A DNA stretch of 64,000 bases from Felis catus (lineage: Eukaryota), in NCBI RefSeq assembly GCF_018350175.1, contig NC_058380.1, positions 91,512,001 to 91,576,000 on the forward strand. Reading direction: 5' to 3'. Positions 12,401 to 22,815 of the stretch are shown here, in pieces; position 1 is the stretch's first letter; the number at the start of each line of letters is the position of its first letter. The notes under the pieces are model-generated. The model was not told where the DNA came from, did no database searches, and saw only the letters and a list, made by a program, of their open reading frames with translations. The position numbers were made by a program, and so were the translations under genes.

Positions 12401-14854
12401 CTCCTGGGTAACCGGGCAGGGGGTCGGGCCGCGCACCCACCTGGCCTGAGCCCACGGGGCCTGCCGGTTCACAGGTTACTGGAAGACTACCTCGAAGCCG
12501 TCGAGGGAATCAAAAGGCACCTGCTGCGCAGGTCTGAGCCCAGGAAGCTCACCTTTGTGGGGGAGCTGGCCCACGGCCGCTTCAGCGCCAAGATGGTGAG
12601 CACGGTCGTGATGCAGGTGGGGCGTAGGGGGCGGCACCCACCCGTTTTTCTGGGCCCCCGATGGCTTCGCGAGTCTGGACGTTGGAGAGATGGCTCAGAT
12701 TCTGGTCGTGGGGCGTGAGCCCTCACAGGTCGACGATGGACCGCGCGGCGGTGTGCGGCAAGGGGGGCTGGGGTCTGTGATGGGTCCCTGGCCCCTCCCC
12801 CGGGGTGCCGCTCCCGTCCCCCGGGGACCCTGTGCCTTCCCCAGGACCCCCCNNNNNNNNNNNNNNNNNNNNNNNNNNNNNNNNNNNNNNNNNNNNNNNN
12901 NNNNNNNNNNNNNNNNNNNNNNNNNNNNNNNNNNNNNNNNNNNNNNNNNNNNNNNNNNNNNNNNNNNNNNNNNNNNNNNNNNNNNNNNNNNNNNNNNNNN
13001 NNNNNNNNNNNNNNNNNNNNNNNNNNNNNNNNNNNNNNNNNNNNNNNNNNNNNNNNNNNNNNNNNNNNNNNNNNNNNNNNNNNNNNNNNNNNNNNNNNNN
13101 NNNNNNNNNNCCCTGCCCCCTGCCCTCTGCCCTCTGCCTTGGGTCTAGTTACTTGTCCCCTGCCCCTGGTACTCCATCAGTGTTTGTGGGGTCAGGGCCA
13201 GACCCGGGTCAGCATCCACTCCCCTGGCAGGCGGGTGTCGTCCACCACCCTCCCCCCTGCCCATGTGGAGCTCCAGGGGCCGGGCCCGTAGTGGAGTCGC
13301 TTTCCACGTTCCTGCCCTTGTGGGCCCTGAGGAGTCCCCGTTCAGGCCCGTCGACCCCTGGGGATGCGGAGGGCCTGAGGGAGCGCTGGACCCTGCACCC
13401 GGTGTGGCCCCCGCCCGTGCCCCACGTGGCCACCGACTCACAGTGGTGAGGAAACCGCTCTGGTTTCAGGACCACCTGGTGTGCTTCCTGCCAGGGACGC
13501 TGGCTCTGGGCGCCCACCACGGCCTGCCCGCCGACCACATGGAGCTGGCCCGGGCGCTCATGGACACCTGCTACCAGATGAACCGCCAGATGGAGACGGG
13601 GCTGAGCCCCGAAATCGTGCACTTCAACCTGTACCCCCAGAGCGACCGCAAGGACGTGCAGGTCAAGGTGAGCCGGGCTGGGGTCTGGCGTGGGGGCGCC
13701 CTGCGGGCTCGGCCTAGCTCCTCCCGTGTCCCCCCACCCCAGCCGGCCGAGCTCAGCCCGTGTTGTGTCCCCCATCCCTCCCTCCCCCCTCCCCCCTCCC
13801 CCGCCCAGCCGGCCGACAGGCACAACTTGCTGCGGCCCGAGACGGTGGAGAGTCTGTTCTACCTGCACCGCCTCACGGGAGAGCGCAAGTACCAGGACTG
13901 GGGCTGGGAGATCCTGCAGAGCTTCAACAAGTACACGCGGGTGAGCGCCTGCCCTGCCCAGCCCTGAGTCCCTCTCCCCTAGCCGGGGCAGCCAGAGGGG
14001 GCCGGGGGCGGGGGTGGTGCAGGCTCGCCGCGGCCTCGGGAGTTCGGCGCCACGTGCCCCGGGGTCTCGGGGACCAGGCTCTGTGGCCCCGTGTGCACAG
14101 GGCGACTCTCCTCCCGGATCCTCCGTGTGGCCCCGGGCAGCCCTTTCCCACCCCAGACGGCGCCGTGACCGTGGCCCCGACACCCGTCTCGCGGTCTGGG
14201 CCGGGGCTCGGAGGTCACGCCGTGTCCGGGGCCCGCCACCCACCCCGGCAGAGCGCGAGCGCCAAAACCCGACCCGCGTATGCCCTGTGGCGGCCGGGCA
14301 GTGGGTGGGTCCCGGCCGCCTCAGGTGCTCGGGGGCCTTCGGGAGGCCGCCTCCGGGTTCCGGAGCACGGGCTGCACGTCGGGTCACGTGAGGGCGGCTG
14401 GCGTCTCTGAGGGGGGCCGTCTGGAGGAGCTGCGGCTGAGCTCCCGGGGGGCCGGTCCCCCGGCGGACCTTGGGGTCGTCTGCCTCAGACCCGGCCCTTG
14501 GCCACGGGTGCCGCCGCGGTGAGGCGCAGGGGCCCCGGCCGGGGGCCCTGCGGCCGCCGGCGCCCCCGAGGGCTGAGCCCGGCGTGGGGAGCTGGCTGGG
14601 CCTGCAGCCGTGGTGACGCCGCGGTCTCCGCTCTCGTGCAGGTCCCCTCGGGTGGCTATTCTTCCATCAGCAACGTCCAGGATCCCCTCAATCCCCAGCC
14701 CCGGGACAAGATGGAGAGCTTCTTTCTGGGGGAGACGCTCAAGTACCTGTACCTGCTCTTCTCCGACGACCCGGCCCTGCTCAGCCTGGACGCCTACGTG
14801 TTCAACACTGAGGCTCACCCCTTGCCCATCTGGGCCCCGCCTAGGGTGGGGTGA
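2997..14854 (+). CDS. MAN1B1: ER mannosyl-oligosaccharide 1,2-alpha-mannosidase (GH47), extra inverted copy; 13 coding exons, about 660 aa
   Basis: Exons 2997-3107, 3610-3718, 4407-4522, 6060-6214, 6505-6617, 7941-8126, 8823-8971, 9327-9515, 11417-11607, 12475-12595, 13470-13667, 13809-13940, 14642-14854. All introns GT-AG and phases consistent (1983 nt). Peptides: [20 protein letters not shown] segment [100 protein letters not shown]. Confidence 0.95.
11391..11410 (+). repeat. (TG)10 microsatellite abutting the MAN1B1 exon 9 acceptor (mirror 32320-32339)
   Basis: Read directly: (TG)10 followed by TCCCAG|GAG. Confidence 0.9.
12853..13110. other. N run (258 nt) in MAN1B1 copy 1 intron 10
   Basis: Run of n within a C-rich low-complexity tract. 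Confidence 0.99.
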
Positions 14855-15541
14855 CCCCCCCCGTGGGCACTGCCCGGGGGCCTCACACGTCTTGCGTCTG
14901 TGGGTACCTGTCCTCGGAACCCTGGCCTTGGGTAGGTTCGCTCTCTCGACCTTGGCCGCGGCGTGTCCCCTCGGCCGACTGTCCGTGCTCCAGGGTCAGG
15001 CTGATGACATTCCCCAGGGGGTTACCGAGCCTGACATCTCAGGGCCTCAGAGGTGGTCAGGGCAGCTGGGCGCCCGGTGCTTTGCCGCTGGCTTTGCACT
15101 TCTGGCTTGTGGTTCTCATGACGCCGGACGGCGTCGTGAGGTCAGCGCCGTGAATCCCCGAGGCCCCACCTGCTGGGGACCTTCCTGCTTGAATCACGAC
15201 TTACATTCCTGATCCCCAAACGTCTTCTGTGTGGCCCCAGTGTCTCTGCTTGTCCCCTGGGGCCGCTCTGGGTCTCCTGGACCCACACATGTTCTGAGAT
15301 GAGCTGAAGGGACAGCCCGACATGCGGTTCAGCCCGGGGTCTCAGAGTCTGTGAATGTGCCCTGACCCGGGAGTCCTGGGGGGGGCACTTGTGACCTCCT
15401 GCGAATCCGGGCACCTGGCCGGCTGTGGTGTTTACATGTTGGACTCAGGGATCCTCCCCCGGCCCTGCAGGGGTGGGGAGGGGCGGGTGGACAAGTTCAT
15501 CCTGCTCCTGGACCACCCGACAGAACGGACTTTCCAGGCAG

Positions 15542-15547
15542 CATAAA
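15542..15547 (+). terminator. Putative variant poly(A) signal CATAAA of MAN1B1 copy 1
   Basis: About 690 nt after the stop codon; no AATAAA seen in the 3'UTR. The context resembles my recollection of the human MAN1B1 mRNA end (GATAAAAGTTGATTTGC). Confidence 0.55.
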
Positions 15548-17465
15548 CGTGGATTGTTTCCTCTGTTGGTAAGCAGGTCCTTTACTGTGAAACGTCTTTG
15601 CGTAGTTGAGAGCAAGCCATCGTTGGTTTGGGGCGCTTCTGACTGCAGTGCACAGGGGTGTCAGGTTTCCAGCCCGATAATCCTGCCGTCCTCCATACAT
15701 AAGTCAGCACATACGCACCTTACCTGTCGTTGGACGAGATAACGCATCTCGGGGTGGGAGCGGAAGGTGTGCTTCGCGGCCTGTCCCGAACACAGACCCA
15801 CAGCAAACAGAGCCAGCGAGCGCCACACCCAAGTTCTTTCGTCAGCTTCTGTGTATTTCGTGAAAGACAGAAGGTCACAAAATGCAAAATCGGATACCTT
15901 GGAAAGGTCAGCGTAGAGAAAAGATTTCTGTAGCGAGGCAGAGCGGCCACATCCACCTCCCATTCTCCCCAGAAACAAAACAGCAGTAGAACCGTCGCGG
16001 TCAGTTTTGACAACAGCCAATGAACCATGAGGAAAAAAGGAAGTGTGGCTCCATGAAAGGAACAAAATTAGTTGCTAAAAACTGTCACTAAAGACAGTCC
16101 AGCCTTGTGAATTATTAGAAAAGGACTAATAAAACTAAATTAAACGTTCTCAACTTGAACACACACATGGAAGTAGGGGAAATTGGGGAAATACTACGAG
16201 CACACTGAGATTACCAGAGAAATTACCAGAGGGAATAATTATTAAAAATTATCTTCCGTTGAAATGTGCAGCGATTGAGAGATTCATCAGAGTTCAGTAG
16301 CCACAGCAGCGAGGAGACCACAGAATGTGAGCCGTGGACAGAGCCCGAGGGACAGGTCCCACCCTCCGCAGGCCCCACAAGTCTGTTAGAGTTGGGGTCT
16401 CGGGCACAAGGGGATTTGAAACAGTGCTGAACGCTTACCAAATGTGATGTTCTAAGATGTAAATTACAAATTCAAGAAGGTCAGACACTTCCTAGTAGAA
16501 TCAACACAAGATGACCTGGGATAAGTGGGAGAGTCTTGACCGCCGTGAGCGGTGACCTGTGACGTGCAGACCCACGGCAAGGCCAGCCGCCCAGTGAGGG
16601 AGAAAAAAGGCCAGAAGATGGGAATGGAATGACGCTTTGATGAGAAAAGTTGTCACCCTGGAGTTCCATGTACAGCAAAAGTGAGTCAGAAATGGAGAAT
16701 TCTAGGTATCTCCAGGGGAAAGCCGGATAGCTTGTCGCCAGGTGGCCTGACGTGCATGAAATGCTCCAAGGACTCTGGGCGGAACTGCTGCCGGATGGGA
16801 ACTCGGGGCTCTGTTAAGACGCGGCTGGGATGCGTCAAATCAGTTACGTGTTTGGCTGCCACTCCTGTTTTTATTCTCCAGGATTTAAAAGCTGTTCATG
16901 GGAGATAATTACAAGTTTATGTTTTGGGGCCCATGGTGTGCAGCGTGTTTTGAGAGTAGCTACAGAAACAGACTGGTCTGAGCTGTCTCGGAGATAGGTC
17001 GTGTATGTTAGTGAACACAGTTGCTGTATGTGTGGACCAGATTGTTAGAAATTCGGGATGTCACCCATGATAGCCACGATGAAATTATCAAAAAGATACA
17101 CGTGGGTGGAAAGGAGAAGAGAGTGAGAATGGTTCACCGAAGTTTTTTAAAAAAAAGTCCTTGGAAGAAATGAGGGACGAAAAAGGATTAACGTATAGAA
17201 AACACGTGCAAAGTGGTAGAAAGAAGTCTTATTGGTAATTACGTAAAATAAAATGGATGAAACCCTTCGGTCAAAACCAGAGCTTGGCAGAATGGACTAA
17301 AACACAGTGACCCAAGTACGTACTGTCTAGCAGAGACCATGCTTCCAAAGATACAAATAGACTGAAGGCAAAAGCAGGGGGGAGACACTCCATGGAACAG
17401 TGACCCAAAGAGAGCTGGGATGGCTTTGTGAAGGCCAGACGAAATAGGCTTTAATTCAAACACGG

Positions 17466-17659
17466 GGGGTGCCTGGGTGGCTCAGTGGGTCGAGCACCCA
17501 ACTCTTGATTTCATCTCAGGTCATGATCCCAGGGTCGTGGGGTGGAGTCCTGCATCGGGCCCCACGCCGAGCATAGTGCCTGCTGGGATTCTCTTTCTAC
17601 CTCTCTGCCCTCTCCGTTGCTTGCACACGGTGTCTTTCAAATAAAAATTAAAAAAAAAC
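17466..17659 (+). mobile_element. Can-SINE (tRNA-derived carnivore SINE)
   Basis: GGGGTGCCTGGGTGGCTCAG head, CT-rich body, AATAAA and A tail. Confidence 0.85.
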
Positions 17660-18027
17660 TTTTAAGAGGTCAACGTAGATGCAGCTTGCTTTGTTTGTAT
17701 TCAGTGAAAACAAGATTTTTCCACGGGGAAGAAAAGACAGGGTTATAAAGAAGGTAGAACAGTCACAAATGCATCAACAGCAGAGTCAAATGAAATAGCC
17801 GGGTCTCCAGTGGCAGTTGGAGACTTCGTTAGTCCCCTTCAAGATGCACAGACCCGCTAGGGGAAGACCAGCGAGGAAACCGAGGACAGGAACAGGGCTA
17901 CAAACTAGGCAGACCCAACAGACGAGAGCGCCCCCGACAACAGAGTGTCCCTGCTCCTCGAGGGCACATGGAGCATTCTCCACTGTCTACCTTAGGCCAC
18001 GAAACAAGTATTAATGCATTTTATTTA

Positions 18028-18234
18028 AGTTTTTTTTGTTTGTTTGTTTGTTTTTTTTTTTTTTTTTTTTGAGAGCAAGCACAAGCCGGGGAGAGCGGCA
18101 GAAGGAGAAGGAAAGAATCTTTAGCAGGGTGCATGCTCAGTGTAGAGCCTGACACTGGGCTCAATCCCACAACCGTGAGATCATGTCCTGAGCTCAAATA
18201 GACACTCAACTGACTGAGCCCCCCAGGTGCCCCT
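18028..18234 (-). mobile_element. Can-SINE
   Basis: Poly-T at the left end and reverse head CTGAGCCCCCCAGGTGCCCC at the right end. Confidence 0.85.
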
Positions 18235-18244
18235 AAAGATTTTA

Positions 18245-18335
18245 CTTTTATGTAAACTTTATACCCAACATGGGGCTCGAACCCACAACCCCAGGATCCA
18301 GACTTGCACATTCCATCAACTGAGTCAGGCACCCC
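18245..18335 (-). mobile_element. Short Can-SINE
   Basis: GGGGCTCGAACCCACAACCCCAGGATC...CTGAGTCAGGCACCCC. Confidence 0.75.
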
Positions 18336-18360
18336 AGTGTATTTTAAATGATTGAAAGAG

Positions 18361-18552
18361 GGGGGGCCTGGCTGGCTCAGTCGGTTGAGCGTCCGACCTC
18401 AGCTCAGGTCAAGATCTCACTGCTCGTGGGTTCGATCCCCTCATCGGGCTCTGTGCTGACAGCTCAGAGCCTGGAGCCTGCTTCCGACTCTGTGTCTCCC
18501 TCTCTCTCTGCCCCTCCCCTGCTCATGCTCTGTCTCCCAAATATAAATAAAC
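18361..18552 (+). mobile_element. Can-SINE, feline SINEC_Fc-like
   Basis: Head, then GACAGCTCAGAGCCTGGAGCCTGCTTC, a (CT)n stretch and an AATAAA tail. Confidence 0.9.
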
Positions 18553-18715
18553 ACAATCAATTGGTCAGTGGAGAAGTCAGAAAGGAAGTTAAACACTTTT
18601 GAGACCTATGAAATTGAAAGCACAAAGTACACAATTTATGGGATGCAGGGAAGGCTGTGCTCAGATCAAAATCCATAGCTTTGAATGCCTACATTAAAAA
18701 AAATTAAAAACGTAC

Positions 18716-18817
18716 GAGGCGCCCAGCTGGCTTAGTCGGTAGAACACACAGCTCCTTATCGGGGCCGTGAGTTTGAGCCCTGTGTTGGGTGTAGAGCCTA
18801 CTTTAAAAATAATAATA
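18716..18817 (+). mobile_element. Short Can-SINE
   Basis: GGCGCCCAGCTGGCTTAGTCGGTAGAAC...GGGTGTAGAGCCTACTTTAAAAA. Confidence 0.75.
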
Positions 18818-18820
18818 TAG

Positions 18821-19038
18821 AGGTGCCTGGGGGGCTCAGTCGGTTGGGCACCTGATTTCGGCTCAGGTCATGGTCTTGCGGTTTATGGGTTCAAGCCCCG
18901 CGTCGGGCTCTGTAGTGACAGCTCAGAGCCTGGAGCCTGCTTCAGATTCTGTGTCTCTCCCTGCCCCTTCCCCGCTCACACTCTGTTTCTCTCTCTCAAA
19001 AAATAAACATTAAAAAAATTTTTTTAATAAAAATAAAA
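18821..19038 (+). mobile_element. Can-SINE, feline SINEC_Fc-like
   Basis: Head, GACAGCTCAGAGCCTGGAGCCTG, CT stretch and A-rich tail. Confidence 0.9.
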
Positions 19039-19530
19039 GGAGGAAAGATCTCCAGTTAGTACCTAACTATGTACCTTGAAGAACTAGGAAAGGAAGAGCA
19101 GACTAAACCCAAGCTTGCAGTATGAAGGAAATGTGCAGAATGGAGAGAAGTAAAATAGAGAAGAGAAAAGCACCAGAGACGGTCCACAAAACCAAAAGCT
19201 GGTTCTTTGAAAGCATCAACAAAATTGAATCTCTGAGCTACACTAACAAGGTGAATGTCCAATAGCTAGAACCAGAAACAGAAGTGGGGGCGTCACCAGT
19301 GGTCTTACAGAAAAATTTCACACCATCAAATCTGACGGTCTTTTTAAGATGGCAAGTTCCCAGACAGGCAAGAATGATCTAAACTCAAGATGATCTATAA
19401 ATTTTCGACAGACCTAGGACAAATAGATGGATCCAATAGTAAAAAAAGAGACAACAACAAAACCCTCCCAACAAAGAGAAGCCTGGGGTCATGTGGCTTC
19501 TGGGGAATTCAGCCAAACATTTTCAAAGTT

Positions 19531-19628
19531 GGGGCACTTTGCTGGCTCAGTCTGTGGAGCGTGCAACTCTTGATCTTGGGGTTGAGTTCGAGCCCCACAT
19601 AGAGTGTAGAGATCACTTAAAAATCTTA
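19531..19628 (+). mobile_element. Short Can-SINE followed by a (CA)n tract
   Basis: GGGGCACTTTGCTGGCTCAGTC...GAGTTCGAGCCCCAC...GTAGAGATCACTTAAAA. Confidence 0.75.
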
Positions 19629-20496
19629 CACACACACAAACACACACATTTTAAGAGTTAACCCCAGTCCTTCTCAAACTCTCAGAAAATTGAGAGGAGG
19701 GAAAACTTCCTAAATCATTCTGTAAACCCAAAATTACCTTGATATCAAAAGCAGATACAGACATTTCAGTAAAAGACTACAGGCCAATATTCCTTGTGAA
19801 TATTAATGCAAAAATCCTTAGCAAGATACAAATCTGGCAGTATGTTTAAAGATTCTACACCATGATCAAGGTGTTTCAATATAAGGAGATCAGTCATCCA
19901 CACAACACAATACACAGGAATGAGCTGTGGATACAAGCAACAACTTGCATGGACCTCAAGGACATCGTGCTGAATGAAAGAAGGCACAGGCCAGGGGGAA
20001 AAAGAAACAATAATACACTCCATTCACAAAGCACAGTGGAGAAAATACACGATAACTGCAATTGACATAGAGCACGTGACAAAAGCCAACACTCTTTCAT
20101 GGTAGAAACACTCATGAAACCGTAGGTAGGAGGGAACTTCCTCAACACAATAAAGGGTAATCATGGAAAGACGCACAGCCAACATCACACTCAACAGTGA
20201 GAGACGAAGCTTTTCCTCTAAGACCGGATATAAGACAGGACTACCTGCTTCCACCGCCACTAGAAATAAAAGGCATTCAGACTGGAACTGAAGAAGTGAA
20301 ACTCTATTTGCACATGATATGATCCTGTGTATAGAAAATCCCAAAGAATTCACAAGAACATGACTAGAGCTAATAAATTCAGGAAAGTTGCAAGGCACTA
20401 GATCAGCAATCAAAACGTTATGTTCCTGTGCACCTGCAGTGAACAATCTGAAAAGGGAATTAAGAAAGCACTTCCATCGAAAATAACATTAGGGCT

Positions 20497-20597
20497 GGGA
20501 CGCTTGGCTGCCTCAGTCTGTGGAGCATTTGGCTCTTGATCTTGGGGTTGTGAGTTCCAGCCCCACGTTGGGCACAGAGCTTACTTTAAAATAAAAA
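20497..20597 (+). mobile_element. Short Can-SINE
   Basis: GGGACGCTTGGCTGCCTCAGTC...GAGTTCCAGCCCCACGTTGGG...TACTTTAAAATAAAAA. Confidence 0.75.
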
Positions 20598-20724
20598 CAC
20601 CATCGAAAAGAATAAATAGGGATACATTTAAGGATGTAATGTACACCAAAAAGTATAAAACATTGCTAAAATAAAGAAGATCTACATAAGTGGAAACGTC
20701 CTTTGTTCATGCATAGGAATACTT

Positions 20725-20937
20725 TATTTTTTATTTTTTCAATGTTTATTTTAGAGAGAGAGAGAGACAGAGCATGAGCGGGGGAGGGGCATAGAGAGAG
20801 GGAGACACAGAATCCGAAGCAGGCTCTGGGCCCTGAGCTGTCAGCAGAGCCCAATGCGGGGCTCGAACTCACAAACCGTGAGATCATGACCTAAGCCGAA
20901 GTCGGACACCTAACCAACTGAGCCCCCCAGGCACCCC
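20725..20937 (-). mobile_element. Can-SINE (SINEC_Fc-like) with target-site duplication
   Basis: Full-length reverse SINE flanked by AGGAATACTT at 20715-20724 and 20938-20947. Confidence 0.92.
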
Positions 20938-22319
20938 AGGAATACTTAATTTTAAGACGTCAATGCTAGACAAAAATCTATAGGTTCAGTGCCATCCGTC
21001 TTAGAATTCCAACAGCCTTTTTTGCCAAAATGGAAAATGAATTCTCAGATTAATGTGGAATTGCAAGGAGCCGCAAATAGCCAAGATATTCTTGAAAAAG
21101 AACAAAGTTGGACGACACGGACTGCCCGATTTAAAAACTTACAACGAAGGCATGGTACTCCGAGCAGTGTGGTGCTGGTGTAGTGACAGACACGTGGTTG
21201 TCACTGAAGGGAGAGCCCAGAAATGAACACATACACGGATGGCCGACTGATGTTCTGCGAGGGTATGTAGGTTTACTCAGTGGGGAAAAGAACCTTGTCC
21301 TCAACAAATGGTGATGGGAAGACTGGATTTCCACATGCAAAGAATGGAGCTGGACCTTACTTCCCACCACATACAAAACACCAACTAAAAATCGATCAGC
21401 AACCCAAAGAGCGAAACCATCCGGCGCCTAGAAACAGCAGCAACAGCAATACGGAGACAGGTCTGCACCCAGCGGGCCTCACAGGGCTTCTCACGCCACA
21501 ATCCAGAAGCACAAGCACCAGCCAAGTAGGACTTGGTCAAAAGCTGCGCATCAAAGGACGCGGAGTGCACAGAACCAAAGCCCACAGAACGGGAGAAAGT
21601 ATTTGCAAACAACGTATCTGATAAGGAATTTATATCTAGAATACGTTTTTTTAAATGTCCAGAACAATAAAAAAGTAATGCTCAACAACAGATAAAAGCA
21701 CCTTTCTGACACGAAAGGGGGCTCAGCGTGTAGCGTGTATAACTGAGCGTGCACACAAATGTGGCCCCGACCTCACGTGCAGCTCGCTCAGACCCAGATC
21801 ACGGGCACCTGTGCGGGGTTCCCTGTCGTCCACACCCGCTGCTCTGCTGCTTGCAGGTTCGAGGGCTGAAGGGCAGAGCAGGTGGGGGAGACAGGGCCTG
21901 TCTCCCCAGATCTATGGGCTGTGGAGGCGGGAATCAAGACCCAGCTTTGGCCCCAAAGCCACTGTCCCCCCTCCCCAGGGAGTCGGAAGAAGGGCTTCTG
22001 GGCCCCCAGACGTACCCGCAAGCTCCGGGCCACCAGGTGAGGCAGGACAGTCAGAATCGGAATCCCCTTCTGGGCCTTACCGGTGCTGCCTGGAGGGTTT
22101 GGAGGGAAGGATATGCTGGGTCTGCAGCCGGGGTAGGAGGGTCAGGCAGCCGAGCTGAGAGGGGAGGACGAGAGGAGGGCCTGCCTGGGGAGAGGCTGCC
22201 ATCCAGGGGGAAGGAGCCGTGAGCCCTTCTGTCCTGTCCTGGCTTCTACCCTGCAGAGGCCATGGAGACCCTGCGAGGGCAGCTCTCTACTCAACGCAGG
22301 ACAGGCAGCCCTGGGTGCG

Positions 22320-22815
22320 GGTCCCGGGACACAGGAACAGGGACACGGGGAGACGGGGACATGGGAGCTTGGGGGCATAGACACAGGATGGGGACAGGGG
22401 GACACAGGGAGAGGGACATGGCACAGGGACACAGGGACTGGGACACGGGATAGGGACACAGGGACGGGGACAGGGGCACAATGATGGGCAAGTAGGGACA
22501 CGACACGGGGACGTGGAGACACAGGGACGGGGACATGGGGTCCCAGGGACCCAGGGGCGGGGACAGGGGATGGGGCCACAGGGACGGGGACAGGGAAACA
22601 ATGGTGGGCAAATAGGGCTAGGGACACGGGGACATGAGGGACACAGGGAAAGAGGGACAGAGACACAGGGATGGGGACACAGGGGTATAGGGACAGAGGG
22701 ACATGGGGATGTGGGAACGCAGGACCACAAGGAGCGGGGCACAGGACAAGGACAGGACATGGGGATGGGGGCACGGGGACAGGGACACAGGGATGTGGGG
22801 ATGGGGACAGGGACT
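22320..22815 (+). repeat. Degenerate G-rich minisatellite (GGGGACA / GGGACACAG units) upstream of DPP7
   Basis: Dozens of imperfect GGGACA, GGGGACATGG and GGGACACAGGG units; produces PVPVSL-type pseudo-ORFs. Confidence 0.9.

Larger units (their letters stand above)
474..15555 (+). repeat. Left arm of a 15.1-kb inverted segmental duplication (partner 28176-43256)
   Basis: ORFs in this interval have mirror ORFs at 43730-x (43731-x after the N run). Identity starts at GGCCTAG (474, partner 43256) and ends at GGATT (15555, partner 28176). Only 3 differences spotted: 597, 7102, 9739. Confidence 0.97.
15950..21700 (+). mobile_element. Old, degraded LINE-1 tract (ORF1/ORF2 remnants) interrupted by many SINEs
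   Basis: A-rich + strand. Decayed endonuclease start at about 17245-17345 (GCAGAATGGACTAAAA...TGTCTAGCAGAGACC). ORF2-like pieces AAAAGCTGGTTCTTTGAAA (about 19195), TACAGGCCAATATTCCTTGTGAATATTAATGCAAAAATCCT (about 19780) and CAACAAATGGTGATGGGAAGACTGGAT (about 21300). No long ORF. Limits approximate. Confidence 0.85.

Noticed and set aside
2997-14854. MAN1B1 copy 1 as a pseudogene or retrocopy
   Set aside because: It retains all introns, promoter, splice sites and an open frame, and has no poly(A) tail at the breakpoint, so it is a DNA-level duplication.
17466-20937. tRNA-like A/B-box sequences (TGGCTCAGT...GTTCGAGCCC)
   Set aside because: Heads of tRNA-derived Can-SINEs followed by CT stretches and A tails, not tRNA genes.
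15950-21700. Active LINE-1
   Set aside because: Heavily mutated, no long ORF1/ORF2 and interrupted by multiple SINEs.
22320-22815. Possible CRISPR-like repeat array
   Set aside because: Short degenerate tandem units with no fixed repeat and unique spacer structure; mammalian context with no cas genes.
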